Source: Clostridia bacterium
GTDB lineage: Bacteria; Bacillota; Sulfobacillia; JAJZYS01; JAJYTV01
Length of the DNA: 64,000 bases
Direction of reading: 5' to 3'
Assembly (NCBI GenBank): GCA_027420455.1
Contig: DAIBJA010000023.1
Span: 6,427 to 70,426 of the forward strand
Both the position numbers and the translations under genes were made by a program. Of this stretch, positions 55,549 through 64,000 are shown one piece after another. The notes beneath the pieces are model-generated. The model did not search any database and was not told the origin of the DNA. It saw only the letters and a list, made by a program, of their open reading frames with translations. The first letter of the stretch is position 1, and each line of letters starts with the position of its first letter.

Positions 55549-56682
55549 CTAGGAGCGGAAGGTGAGCTGTCCCGGGTGCAGGCGGAGGCTCAGGAGGATG
55601 CCGAGGCCGATGAAGTCCGCGAGCACCGAGGACCCGCCGTAACTGAAGAATGGCAGGGGCACGCCCACCACGGGCAGCACCGCCATCGCCATGCCGGCGT
55701 TCATGAGCACCTGCGTCGCGATCATGGCGATCACGCCGGCGCCAAGCAGGATGCCGAACTGGTCGCGCACGTCGCTGACGACGTTGAGGCCGCGCCAGAC
55801 GAAGACGAGGTACAGCAGCAGCAGCACGCCCGCACCGACGAAACCGAAGTCGAGGCCGACGACGGCGAAGATGAAGTCGGTCGAGCTCTCCGGCAGGAAG
55901 CTCAGGATGGCTTGGTTCGAGTGCAGGCCGAGACCGTACATGCCGCCTGAGCCAAGCGAGATCAGGGACTGGATGATGTTGTAGCCCGAGCCGTTCGGGT
56001 CGGCGTTCGGGTTCAGGAAGATGAGCAGGCGGCTCAGCTGGTAGGAGTGGATCAGCGGCAGCGGCAGGTGAAAGCGCAGGTGCAGGTAGATCCACAGCAC
56101 CATCAGGCCGAAGCCGCCGCCGAACAGCACGAGCAGATGCCAGACGCGTGCGCCGGACATGAACAGCATCACGACCAGGATGGCCACGAAGATGAGCGCC
56201 GTGCCGAGGTCGGGCTGCTTGAAGACGAGGGCGGCCGGGACGGCCGTGAACAGGATGGGCGACACTAGGTCGCGCCATCGCGTCATACTCTTCTTCGCCG
56301 CCAGGAGGTCGGCCAGGCCGACCACCAGGAAGACCTTCGCGAATTCGGACGGCTGCAGCTGGAACGGCACGCCCGGGATCTTGATCCAGCGCACGGCTCC
56401 GAGCGCGCTCGAGCCATGCACCAGGACGACCGCAAGGAGGAAGAGGCTGAGCGCATACGCGTAGACCGCGTAGGGGCGGATGTTGCGATAGTCGATCGAT
56501 GCGACGGCCACCATGACCAGAAGGCCGAACACGACCCAGATGAGCTGGTGCTCGGGATAGTAGGCGGGCGAAACGCCCTGCAAAGAGCTGGTTGCGGACG
56601 CGATCGTCAGCAGGGAGCCGACACAGATCAAGGCGACGACGAGGAGAAGGCCGAAGTCGATGCGCAGCAGTCGCTGTACCAC
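55549..56682 (-). CDS. rodA: SEDS-family peptidoglycan polymerase (RodA/FtsW/SpoVE); RodA by context
   Basis: 377 aa, about 10 TM helices, with the motifs TDFIFAV and LPFFSYGGSS. Downstream of minCDE. Confidence 0.85.
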   Translation of the reverse strand: MVQRLLRIDFGLLLVVALICVGSLLTIASATSSLQGVSPAYYPEHQLIWVVFGLLVMVAVASIDYRNIRPYAVYAYALSLFLLAVVLVHGSSALGAVRWIKIPGVPFQLQPSEFAKVFLVVGLADLLAAKKSMTRWRDLVSPILFTAVPAALVFKQPDLGTALIFVAILVVMLFMSGARVWHLLVLFGGGFGLMVLWIYLHLRFHLPLPLIHSYQLSRLLIFLNPNADPNGSGYNIIQSLISLGSGGMYGLGLHSNQAILSFLPESSTDFIFAVVGLDFGFVGAGVLLLLYLVFVWRGLNVVSDVRDQFGILLGAGVIAMIATQVLMNAGMAMAVLPVVGVPLPFFSYGGSSVLADFIGLGILLSLRLHPGQLTFRS

Positions 56683-56852
56683 GTCACCTGGTGCGCCGGG
56701 TCCCGCGCATCGGCCTCAAGGCCGGCGCCGTGGCCCCGCAGTCCAGGCCTTCCCCCCCTTCACACCAAAATGCGCACAAGCCGTAGAGACCTTGCGCCAA
56801 GCAAATGCCTTGACACGATCATATCCGCTGCGCGCGGCGAAGACACCCGCTC

Positions 56853-56861
56853 ATTCTAGCA
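56853..56861 (-). promoter_or_regulatory. Extended -10 element upstream of rodA
   Basis: Minus strand reads TGCTAGAAT, the same 9-mer as the rpsT promoter, about 170 nt upstream of the rodA start. Confidence 0.35.
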
Positions 56862-56863
56862 CT

Positions 56864-56891
56864 GCGGCGCCTGCATTTGCGCAGGCGCCGC
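56864..56891 (-). terminator. Hairpin immediately after minE
   Basis: gcggcgcctgc-atttgc-gcaggcgccgc: an 11-bp perfect stem starting 5 nt after the minE stop. No U tract. Confidence 0.4.
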
Positions 56892-56895
56892 GGTG

Positions 56896-57159
56896 TCAAT
56901 TGTTGCCCGGCCTGCCCCTGCGGCGCAGTTGCTTCACCGGGATGTTCGCGACCAGTGCGACATGGTCCTCGACGGACTGCAGCTGCAGGTCGACGCCCTG
57001 TCCCCCAACCTCGACATATTCGCTGACGATGCGCATGACATCGTCGCGCAGGTGCTCCATGAACTCGGGCGACGTGTCCGCGCGGTCATGCGCCAGCACA
57101 TTGCGCAGACGGTTCTTGGCCACATCGCGGCTCTGGCTGCGCCCGAAGAAATTCAGCAT
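56896..57159 (-). CDS. minE: Cell division topological specificity factor MinE
   Basis: 87 aa: MLNFFGRSQSRDVAKNRLRNVLAHDR... is the canonical MinE N-terminus. Confidence 0.9.
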   Translation of the reverse strand: MLNFFGRSQSRDVAKNRLRNVLAHDRADTSPEFMEHLRDDVMRIVSEYVEVGGQGVDLQLQSVEDHVALVANIPVKQLRRRGRPGNN

Positions 57160-57171
57160 GGCCGCACCACC

Positions 57172-57966
57172 TTAAGCCTGGCCGAAGATGCGACGCAGCC
57201 GGCCAAAGAAGCCAGTCGGCTCGTCCATCTCGGCGAAAGGCACCTCTTCGCCCCGGACGCGGCGCGCGATCGACCGATACGACTCGCCGGCACGGGACTC
57301 GCGTGACATGGCCGCAGGTTCGCCGCGGTTTGTGGTCACGACGATCTGTTCGTCTTCCGGCACGACACCGATGAGATCGATGGCGAGGATGTCGACGATG
57401 TCGTCGACGCTCATCATGTCGCCCTTGCGCACCATGCCCGGCCTGAGCCGGTTCACGATCAGCCGTGCGGGTGGGATCTCGGCCGCCTCCAGGAGGCCGA
57501 TGATGCGATCGGCGTCGCGCACCGACGCCACCTCCGGGGTCGCCACGATCAAGGCGCGGTCGGCACCGGCAATCGCGTTCCTGAATCCCTGCTCTATGCC
57601 GGCCGGACTGTCGACCAGGATGTAGTCGAACTCCTGCCGCAGCTCGTCCGTCACCGTGCGCATCTGCTCCGGCGTCACCGCCGTCTTGTCCTTCGTCTGG
57701 GCAGCCGGGAGAAGGCTCAGCCCATCAAGTCGCTTGTCGCGAATGAGCGCCTGCTTGAGGCGGCAGAACCCTTCAACCACGTCCACCAGGTCATAGACGA
57801 TGCGATTCTCGAGGCCAAGCACCACATCGAGGTTGCGAAGCCCGATGTCGGCGTCCACAAGACAAGTCTTCAGGCCCAGCTGGGCAAGGGCAACGCCCAG
57901 ATTGGCCGTGGTCGTCGTCTTGCCGACGCCGCCCTTCCCGGACGTGATGACGATAACCTCACCCAC
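57172..57966 (-). CDS. minD: Septum site-determining ATPase MinD
   Basis: GTG at 57964-57966 lies 7 nt after GGGAGG. (M)GEVIVITSGKGGVGKTTTTANLG. The ATG at the track start lies inside the SD. Confidence 0.95.
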   Translation of the reverse strand: MGEVIVITSGKGGVGKTTTTANLGVALAQLGLKTCLVDADIGLRNLDVVLGLENRIVYDLVDVVEGFCRLKQALIRDKRLDGLSLLPAAQTKDKTAVTPEQMRTVTDELRQEFDYILVDSPAGIEQGFRNAIAGADRALIVATPEVASVRDADRIIGLLEAAEIPPARLIVNRLRPGMVRKGDMMSVDDIVDILAIDLIGVVPEDEQIVVTTNRGEPAAMSRESRAGESYRSIARRVRGEEVPFAEMDEPTGFFGRLRRIFGQA

Positions 57967-58369
57967 GAGCCATCCTCCCATCTTCCGGTCTCACAGCACG
58001 CTCGATAATGACCTGTCCCTGCTCGACGCGCGCGATCTCCGGCGCGTCCGGGACGTCCTCGTGCACATCCGGCGGCCGCGCGATGACATGTCCGATGCGC
58101 AGCTGCACAGGCTCAAGCCGCCAGGCGCAGACCATCGCACCGTCGCTCCCCCCGGCGCCGGCATGAACCATGCCGCGCAAGTGCCCGAACACGAGAACGT
58201 CTCCGGCCGCCTGGATCTCCGCACCGGCATGGACGTCGCCAAGCACGATGACGTCTCCCTGGTGGGCGATCTTCTGGCCGGAACGCAACGTGCGCCGGAC
58301 ATAGAGTGCAGCGTCCTGCCGTAAGGCCTCCTGCCCCACATCCACTGACGCGTGCGCTACGTGGCTCAC
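57959..58369 (-). CDS. minC: MinC, C-terminal (MinD-binding beta-helix) domain only
   Basis: LRSGQKIAHQGDVIVLGDVHAGAEIQAAGDVLVFGHLRGMVHAGAGG is the MinC C-domain. The first plausible start is GTG at 58367-58369 (136 aa). Upstream residues of the track ORF overlap pbp2 and are junk. Confidence 0.75.
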   Translation of the reverse strand: MSHVAHASVDVGQEALRQDAALYVRRTLRSGQKIAHQGDVIVLGDVHAGAEIQAAGDVLVFGHLRGMVHAGAGGSDGAMVCAWRLEPVQLRIGHVIARPPDVHEDVPDAPEIARVEQGQVIIERAVRPEDGRMARG

Positions 58370-58451
58370 CCCCGGTCCCCTGCCGTTTCGGGGGCTCGCG
58401 CCGCATTTCCTGCCATAGGGCGGCAGAAATCGGACGACCCTATCTGACAGT

Positions 58452-60326
58452 TCAGTCGTTGCCCCGGACGACACCGCTCGGCACGCTCTTCGTCGCGGAG
58501 CCGTTCGGCGCGAGGATGTTGCCGGGGTCCTTGAGATGGAAGTAGAAGTCGTAGAGATCGCGCGCCACAGGGGCCGCGTAGGCTCCTTCGACACCACCCG
58601 CGATCTGCACCGCGATGGCGATCTGCGGGTTCTTCGACGGACCATAGGAGACGAACCAGGTGATCGATGGCTGTCCCGAAACCTGGGCTGTGCCGGTCTT
58701 GCCCGCCACCTGCATCGGGAAGCCCTGGAAGAAGGGGCCGGCGGTGCCGCCGTTGCCGGGAATGGGCCCTGGCTGCGTGGCCCAGTTCATCCCGTTGTGA
58801 ATCGCCTGCCAGTCGGCGGCGGAAAGCTGGACGCGCGACGTGACGACCGGCTTGTGGGTATAGACCGTCTTGCCTTTCGGCGTCGTGATCGACTGCACGA
58901 GGTACGGCTCATAGCGCACGCCATCTGTCGCCACGGCCCCGACATAGTCGACGAGCTGGATGAGAGTCGCCTCGTCCTCGCCCTGACCAATCGCCACGTC
59001 GTAGACGAGACCGGGGAACCAGGCGCCGTCCTGCTTCGTGTAGAGCGCCTTCGTCGGCATCAGGCCCGAGACCTCGCCGGGCAGGTCGATGCCCGTCGGC
59101 TTGCCGAAGCCGAGGATCGACGCCCATTTGGCGATCGTGTCGATGCCTGTCAGCCGGCCCGTCTCATAGAAGAAGATGTCGTTCGACTGGCCCAGCGCCT
59201 GCGTGAGGTCGTTCCAACCGGTGTAGACGCGGATCCAGTTCCAGGGGTATGGCGGGTACCAGTAGCGCGGCAGGCCCTGGATCAGCGTCGCAGGTGTGAT
59301 CGCCCCCGACTCCAGGGCAGCGATGGCCGTCGCCATCTTGAAGGTGGAGCCCGGCGGCTGCATGGCCGTGATCGCGCGGTTCAGAAGCGGGTCGGTCGTC
59401 GGGTCGAACACCTGCTGGGCCTGGGCCGTCGTCATGCCCTGCGCGAACCAGTTCGGGTTGAAGGACGGGTAGGACGCCATCGCCAGCACGGCTCCGGTAT
59501 GCACGTTCATCACGATCACGGCGCCGGAGCGCGCAGGCTGCTTCAGGGCTGCCTGCTGCCACTGGATGTCGTCGACGAGCGCGCGGGCAGCCTCCTTCTG
59601 CAACCCCGCCGAGAGCGTCGTATGCAGGTTGTCGCCTGGGACCGGCGCCTTGGTGCCGAGTACCTTCACGGGTTTGTTGAAGCTGTCGACCTCGACCTCC
59701 TCGCCGCCGTCCGTACCTTGCAGGTACTTCTGGTACTCGTATTCGAGGCCGCTCTGGCCGACGACCGAGTTCTGGTTCAGGCGGGAGTCGTGCCAGGACT
59801 TCAGCTCCTGCGCGGTGATGCCCTGTACGTAGCCGACGACATGCGCTGCCACATCAGCGAGGGGGTAGACGCGGAGCGGCTGCGCCTGCACGAAGACGCC
59901 CGGCAGGTTCGGCCGCTGTTCGTCGATCTGCGTGATCTGCTCGGGCGTCAGATCGGTCTTGATCGTAACCGGTATGTAGGGCTGTCCCTTGTAGTCCTGC
60001 ACGATGGTCTGGATAGCCTTGGGCGTCAGGTGGAGAATCCCCGCCAGACGCTCGAGTTCCTTCGCCGGCAGCGGCTGCCCGAGGTCGAAGAACTCCGCGG
60101 AGAACGACGGCATGTTCGTCGCGAGCCGCTTGCCGTCACTCGACAGGATCAGCCCGCGCGGCGCCTGGATCGGCATGACGCGCACGCGCAGGGCGACGCC
60201 GAGGCTGCGCAGGGAGGTGCCCTGCACGAATTCGAGGTAGCCCATGCGCGCTACCAGCAGCCCCAGAATAATGACCGACAGTATGGCCAAAAAGACGAGA
60301 CGCTTCTCCCGAGATTGTGGTCGCAT
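58452..60326 (-). CDS. mrdA: Penicillin-binding protein 2 (elongation transpeptidase)
   Basis: ATG 60324-60326 (MRPQSREKRLVFLAILSVIILG...). Motifs SxxK (GSTFK) and KTG (AGKTGTAQ). Follows mreBCD. Confidence 0.9.
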   Translation of the reverse strand: MRPQSREKRLVFLAILSVIILGLLVARMGYLEFVQGTSLRSLGVALRVRVMPIQAPRGLILSSDGKRLATNMPSFSAEFFDLGQPLPAKELERLAGILHLTPKAIQTIVQDYKGQPYIPVTIKTDLTPEQITQIDEQRPNLPGVFVQAQPLRVYPLADVAAHVVGYVQGITAQELKSWHDSRLNQNSVVGQSGLEYEYQKYLQGTDGGEEVEVDSFNKPVKVLGTKAPVPGDNLHTTLSAGLQKEAARALVDDIQWQQAALKQPARSGAVIVMNVHTGAVLAMASYPSFNPNWFAQGMTTAQAQQVFDPTTDPLLNRAITAMQPPGSTFKMATAIAALESGAITPATLIQGLPRYWYPPYPWNWIRVYTGWNDLTQALGQSNDIFFYETGRLTGIDTIAKWASILGFGKPTGIDLPGEVSGLMPTKALYTKQDGAWFPGLVYDVAIGQGEDEATLIQLVDYVGAVATDGVRYEPYLVQSITTPKGKTVYTHKPVVTSRVQLSAADWQAIHNGMNWATQPGPIPGNGGTAGPFFQGFPMQVAGKTGTAQVSGQPSITWFVSYGPSKNPQIAIAVQIAGGVEGAYAAPVARDLYDFYFHLKDPGNILAPNGSATKSVPSGVVRGND

Positions 60327-60378
60327 CGTGAAAAGCCCCCCGCAACGCGAATCCTGAGCGCGCCATCGGCGAGGGGCC

Positions 60379-60870
60379 TCAGGCAGGCGCCTCGGGACGG
60401 TAGAACACAGGTCGAATGATATACGCAAAGGGCGCGGTGTAGATATATTCGATCAGCGCCAGGAACGGGAAATCATGCACGCCGAAATGCGCGAGCGCGA
60501 AAGTCGCCGCCACCACGATCTGCTGGATGAGGAGGCCGAGGAAGACGCCCAGAAGCGGCACGAACCAGGGATCGGGGTAGAGCTTCCGCCGCAAGAGCCC
60601 GACGGCCGCACCGGCCAGCATCAGCCCGAGTGCGTGCATCCCGAGCAGCCTGCCTGTGGCGATGTCCTCCAGCAGCCCGCCCAAAAGTCCGTAGATGGCC
60701 CCGCGCCACGCTCCCTGGCGAAGTGCCGCCATGACCACGACCGCGAGGACGAGGTCCGGTGTCACGCCGTCGATGGCGAGCGGCGGCAGGGCCGTTGCCC
60801 GCAGCAGGAACGCGAGCAGCAGGAAGAGCGCCGGTCCCCATCCGCCGTCCATGGCCTTCTGGAACGTCAC
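60379..60870 (-). CDS. mreD: Rod shape-determining protein MreD
   Basis: 163-aa polytopic membrane protein directly after mreC. Confidence 0.8.
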   Translation of the reverse strand: MTFQKAMDGGWGPALFLLLAFLLRATALPPLAIDGVTPDLVLAVVVMAALRQGAWRGAIYGLLGGLLEDIATGRLLGMHALGLMLAGAAVGLLRRKLYPDPWFVPLLGVFLGLLIQQIVVAATFALAHFGVHDFPFLALIEYIYTAPFAYIIRPVFYRPEAPA

Positions 60871-61682
60871 TGCAGCACCACCAGCACCGTGTCGAGCCGG
60901 TCGAGATTTGCCAAGGGCGCCACGTCCGCCTGGTGCACAAGGCCGAAGTCGCCCTGTCCGACGCTCGTCACGCGCCCGATCGGCACCCCTGCCGGCAGAG
61001 TACCGTCCAGGCCTGAAGTTACGATGAGGTCACCGCGGCGCACGTTCGCGCCGGCCGCGAAGAACTGCATCTTGAGCGTCGCCGCTTCCCCATTGCCCTC
61101 GAGCACGCCCGCATCACCGCTGCGCGCCACCATGGCGCCGATCGCGCTCTCCGGATCCGGCAGCAGCATGACCGTAGCGCTCTGGCTCCCGACCGCGATC
61201 ACGCGCCCCACGAGGCCGCCGTAGGACAGCACCGGATCGTCGTACTTCACGCCCTGGCCCGAACCCGCCGCAATCACGATCTGGTCGAGCCAATTGACGG
61301 GCGAGCGGCCCACGACCGGAGCCGCCAGAGTATGGAACTTCTTCAGAGTCTTCTCGCGCAGATTGAGGAGCTGCTTCAGGCGCTGGTTCTGCCCCTGCAC
61401 CGCTTGCAGGCTGGCAACCTGGGACTGCAGCCGCGAAACCTGGATGCGCAGCTGCGCGTTCTGCTGCTCGGCCGAGAAGGCTCCGCTGACCGCATAGACC
61501 GCACCCGACACCCACTGGACGGCAGAGTGGGTGCCCAACTCAAGCGGCAGCAACACGCTGTTGACGACGCCGCTGACCCGTGACACCGAAAGGCGGGGAT
61601 GGACGGTCAGGCTCTCCAGGAAGACGAGCGCCAGAACCAGGAGAGCCGCAAGATAAAGGCGCAGGATGCCGCGGCGAGGCAA
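60867..61682 (-). CDS. mreC: Rod shape-determining protein MreC
   Basis: 271 aa: TM helix, a coiled coil (LRIQVSRLQSQVASLQAVQGQNQRLKQLL), and beta-barrel domains. Confidence 0.9.
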   Translation of the reverse strand: MPRRGILRLYLAALLVLALVFLESLTVHPRLSVSRVSGVVNSVLLPLELGTHSAVQWVSGAVYAVSGAFSAEQQNAQLRIQVSRLQSQVASLQAVQGQNQRLKQLLNLREKTLKKFHTLAAPVVGRSPVNWLDQIVIAAGSGQGVKYDDPVLSYGGLVGRVIAVGSQSATVMLLPDPESAIGAMVARSGDAGVLEGNGEAATLKMQFFAAGANVRRGDLIVTSGLDGTLPAGVPIGRVTSVGQGDFGLVHQADVAPLANLDRLDTVLVVLQ

Positions 61683-61685
61683 GGC

Positions 61686-62723
61686 TCAACCCTCGCGCTG
61701 CAGCTTCTTGATCTTCTCCAGGATGGCTCGATCGTCGAGGCAGCGCCCGGTGCCCTTCACGACGCAGAGCAGGGGGTCCTCGCCGATGTGGACCGGCATG
61801 CCCGTCTCTCGCATCAGAAGGCGGTCAAAGTTGCGCAAGAGAGCTCCACCGCCCGTCATGACGATACCGCGGTCCATGATGTCGGCTGCAAGCTCGGGCG
61901 GCGTGCGCTCGAGCGTCAACTTGATCGCGTCGACAATCGACTGCAGCGGCTCCGCGAGGGCTCGCTGCACCTCGTCGGCCCCGAGCCGCAGGGTGCGCGG
62001 CAGCCCGGTCACGAGGTCGCGCCCGCGCACCTCGATCGTGGTGTCCTCCGGCTCGATCGCGGCGCCGACGCGGATCTTGACGTCCTCGGCCGTGCGCTCG
62101 CCGATCATCATGTTGTAGTTGCGCTTGACATAGTTGACGATGGACTCGTCCATCTCGTCGCCGGCAACGCGCACCGAGCGCGACGTGACGATGCCGCCGA
62201 GGCTGATGATCGCCACTTCGGTCGTGCCGCCGCCGATGTCGACGACCATGTTGCCCGTCGGCTCCTCCACCGGCAGCCCTGCGCCGATGGCCGCGGCGTA
62301 CGGCTCCTCGATGGTCACCGGGTCTCGCGCACCGGCCTGCTGCGCAGCCTCCTTGACCGCACGCCGCTCGACGCCCGTGATGCCAGACGGCACCGCGACG
62401 ACGACCTGCGGGTGGAACCAGCTGGCGCGAGGCTGCGCCCTGCCGATGAAGTATTTGAGCATGGACTGCGTCACTTCGAAGTCGGCGATCACGCCGTCCT
62501 TCATCGGCCTTACGGCGATGATGTTGCCAGGCGTGCGCCCGATCATCTGCTTGGCTTCCGCACCGACGGCGAGGATCGCCTTGGTGTCCCGATCGATCGC
62601 CACCACGGACGGCTCCTGGATGACGATGCCCCTGCCCCTGACGAAGACCAGGGTGTTCGCGGTGCCGAGGTCGATGCCGAGGTCCCGCGAGAAACTGCGA
62701 TAGAAGACGTCCGTGAGCGGCAA
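61686..62723 (-). CDS. mreB: Rod shape-determining actin homolog MreB
   Basis: 345 aa: [13 protein letters not shown]..., [10 protein letters not shown]. Confidence 0.97.
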   Translation of the reverse strand: MPLTDVFYRSFSRDLGIDLGTANTLVFVRGRGIVIQEPSVVAIDRDTKAILAVGAEAKQMIGRTPGNIIAVRPMKDGVIADFEVTQSMLKYFIGRAQPRASWFHPQVVVAVPSGITGVERRAVKEAAQQAGARDPVTIEEPYAAAIGAGLPVEEPTGNMVVDIGGGTTEVAIISLGGIVTSRSVRVAGDEMDESIVNYVKRNYNMMIGERTAEDVKIRVGAAIEPEDTTIEVRGRDLVTGLPRTLRLGADEVQRALAEPLQSIVDAIKLTLERTPPELAADIMDRGIVMTGGGALLRNFDRLLMRETGMPVHIGEDPLLCVVKGTGRCLDDRAILEKIKKLQREG

Positions 62724-62744
62724 CGCGTTGGCTCCTTTCCCGTG

Positions 62745-63410
62745 CTACGACAATAGTCCCTGAAGGCGTAGGCTGACAAAGCTATTATCGCCGATAACCA
62801 GATGGTCAACCAGTTGAACGCCGAGCAATTGTGCGGCCGCCTGAATTTGGCGCGTCGTCGCGACATCCGCTTTAGAGGGGCTTGGGTCGCCGCTCGGATG
62901 GTTATGGGCGAGCAGGATACCCGCGGCGCCCGCCTGAACGGCAGGTCTCAGGACGTCCGCAGGCACGATCGCAAGCGCGCCCCTGCCGCCCCGGGCGACC
63001 CTCACCTCGCCGAGCAGCGTGAGCCTGCCGTCGAGCAGCAGCGCCAGAAGTTCCTCGACATGCGGATCAAGGCGCCGACGCAGATAATCGTACACCTCTT
63101 CCGGCTCGTCAAGTCGCAGTCGCTCCGGCTTTGTGCCTGCGCGACGCCCGAGTTCGAGCGCCGCGGTCACCTGGGCGGCGCGCGCCGGACCAAGTCCAGG
63201 CACGCGCCTGAGTCCAGCCGCACCGAGGCGGCGCAGGCCGTCGAGTCCCCCCTGGTCCAGCAGGCGCATCGCGAGCGCGAGCGCGCTTTCGCCGCGCCTG
63301 CCCGCTCCCAGCACGATCGCCAGGAGTTCATAGTCCGCCAGGGCAGCGGGACCTTCACGCAGCAGCCGCTCACGCGGCCTGTCCGCTGCCGGCAGGTCTT
63401 TGAGCGGCAT
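62745..63410 (-). CDS. radC: RadC-like JAB-domain protein
   Basis: ATG 63408-63410. MPLKDLPAADRPRERLLREGPAALADYELLAIVLG...; JAMM motif LLAHNHPSGDPSPS. 221 aa. Confidence 0.9.
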   Translation of the reverse strand: MPLKDLPAADRPRERLLREGPAALADYELLAIVLGAGRRGESALALAMRLLDQGGLDGLRRLGAAGLRRVPGLGPARAAQVTAALELGRRAGTKPERLRLDEPEEVYDYLRRRLDPHVEELLALLLDGRLTLLGEVRVARGGRGALAIVPADVLRPAVQAGAAGILLAHNHPSGDPSPSKADVATTRQIQAAAQLLGVQLVDHLVIGDNSFVSLRLQGLLS

Positions 63411-63673
63411 CAGAGGACGCGGAACAGCACGACGCCGAGGAACGCGCCGATCAGACCGAGGACGTTGGTCGTGACGCCAATGGCAACACTGACGATATAG
63501 AGGTCGAGACGAAGCGGCGCAAACCCGAGCGGCTGGCTGAACGGGCCGAGCGCAAGATCCCGGCCGATCGCCGTGCCGATGACCAGAAGCAGGAGGGTCG
63601 CGAGCGCGGTCGCAAACCAACCGCCGCGGCGCCCTTTGCGCAATCTGCACTCCTCCTCGCGACTCGTCGACAT
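63410..63673 (-). CDS. DUF4321 small membrane protein
   Basis: 87 aa from ATG 63671-63673: ...GWFATALATLLLLVIGTAIGRDLALGPFS...LDLYIVSVAIGVTTNVLGLIGAFLG. The stop overlaps the radC start (TGATG). Confidence 0.55.
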   Translation of the reverse strand: MSTSREEECRLRKGRRGGWFATALATLLLLVIGTAIGRDLALGPFSQPLGFAPLRLDLYIVSVAIGVTTNVLGLIGAFLGVVLFRVL

Positions 63674-63825
63674 CTTTCGGCCGCAAGCGGCGAATTCCTC
63701 CGCACAGCCTTTCGAGGTACCATCCGTCGCGAGAAGGATCCGACAGGCCCCGAACCGAAGTCGGGCTGCCGTGCCCAGCCGCCGGCGCATCGGTAGGTCC
63801 AGGGCAGAGGAGGAATCTTCCTGAC

Positions 63826-64000
63826 CGTGTCGCCACGAAGGCGGCGCCGCCCGCGCCTTGCCCTGCCCCTCGTCCTCCTCGCGCTCGTCCTCGCCGGCGC
63901 AGTCGGCCTGCAGGTCTACGTGCCCCGACTCGCCGCCGGCGCCCTCGAATCGGCCATCGCGCAGAACCTCGGCGCAAGGGCCACTGTAACGGTGCATGGA
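63826..64000 (+). CDS. N-terminal part of a membrane-anchored protein (DUF2993/LmeA-like?), runs off the window end
   Basis: GTG follows GAGGAGGAA. VSPRRRRRPRLALPLVLLALVLAGAVGLQVYVPRLAAGALESAIAQNLGARATVTVHG. GC3-rich. Not in the track because it is truncated. Confidence 0.3.

Noticed and set aside
56853-56903. TTGACA ... TAGAAT read as a single sigma-A promoter for rodA.
   Set aside because: The hexamers are 35 nt apart and separated by a hairpin. Only the extended -10 is retained as a candidate.

Overview
Very GC-rich chromosomal segment (by eye about two-thirds or more G+C) with Firmicutes-type gene order and endospore genes (yqfC, yqfD, spoIIP, spoIVFA/spoIVFB-like, a Spo0B-like ORF). By inference the source is a high-GC spore-forming Firmicute-like lineage; I cannot name the organism from sequence alone. 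Most genes are on the minus strand and fall into conserved housekeeping blocks. Block 1: recO-dgkA-ybeY-pgpH-phoH-yqfD-yqfC. Block 2: yqeY-rpsU-hit-ddl-prmA-dnaJ-grpE-hrcA (with a CIRCE operator) then hemW-lepA. Block 3: trxA-spoIIP, rpsT, holA. Block 4: folD-fchA and feoABC. Block 5: rsfS-yqeK-nadD-obg-(spo0B-like)-rpmA-prp-rplU-rng. Block 6: spoIVFB/FA-rodA-minEDC-pbp2-mreDCB-radC. Accessory patches are at 5.7-8.0 kb, 17-21 kb, 23.9-37 kb (two paralogous hybrid sensor kinases, redox and hydrolase genes, an MCP) and 42.7-45.5 kb. I found no CRISPR array, no rRNA, no intact transposon and no clear novel multi-gene system. The most unusual locus is the tRNA-Ala(GGC) region. There a 46-nt perfect copy of the tRNA 3' half brackets a 1.3-kb lower-GC islet carrying a RelE/RHH toxin-antitoxin pair and an unknown ORF. 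Next to it lie an integrase N-terminal fragment, a pseudo-tRNA and several broken ORFs. Other points worth a second look:
- a Spo0B-like phosphotransferase between rpmA and obg;
- an hrcA-grpE-dnaJ operon without dnaK;
- a hybrid kinase paralog with a degenerate ATP-binding domain;
- a MinC that has only the C-terminal domain;
- a standalone DnaJ-type zinc-finger mini-protein;
- a perfect 37-bp palindrome that embeds SD+ATG mini-ORFs;
- a frameshifted yqeK followed by an rsfS with no canonical start codon.
All family assignments come from reading the translations by eye; no database search was run. Many long ORFs in the track are antisense or out-of-frame artefacts of the high GC content.
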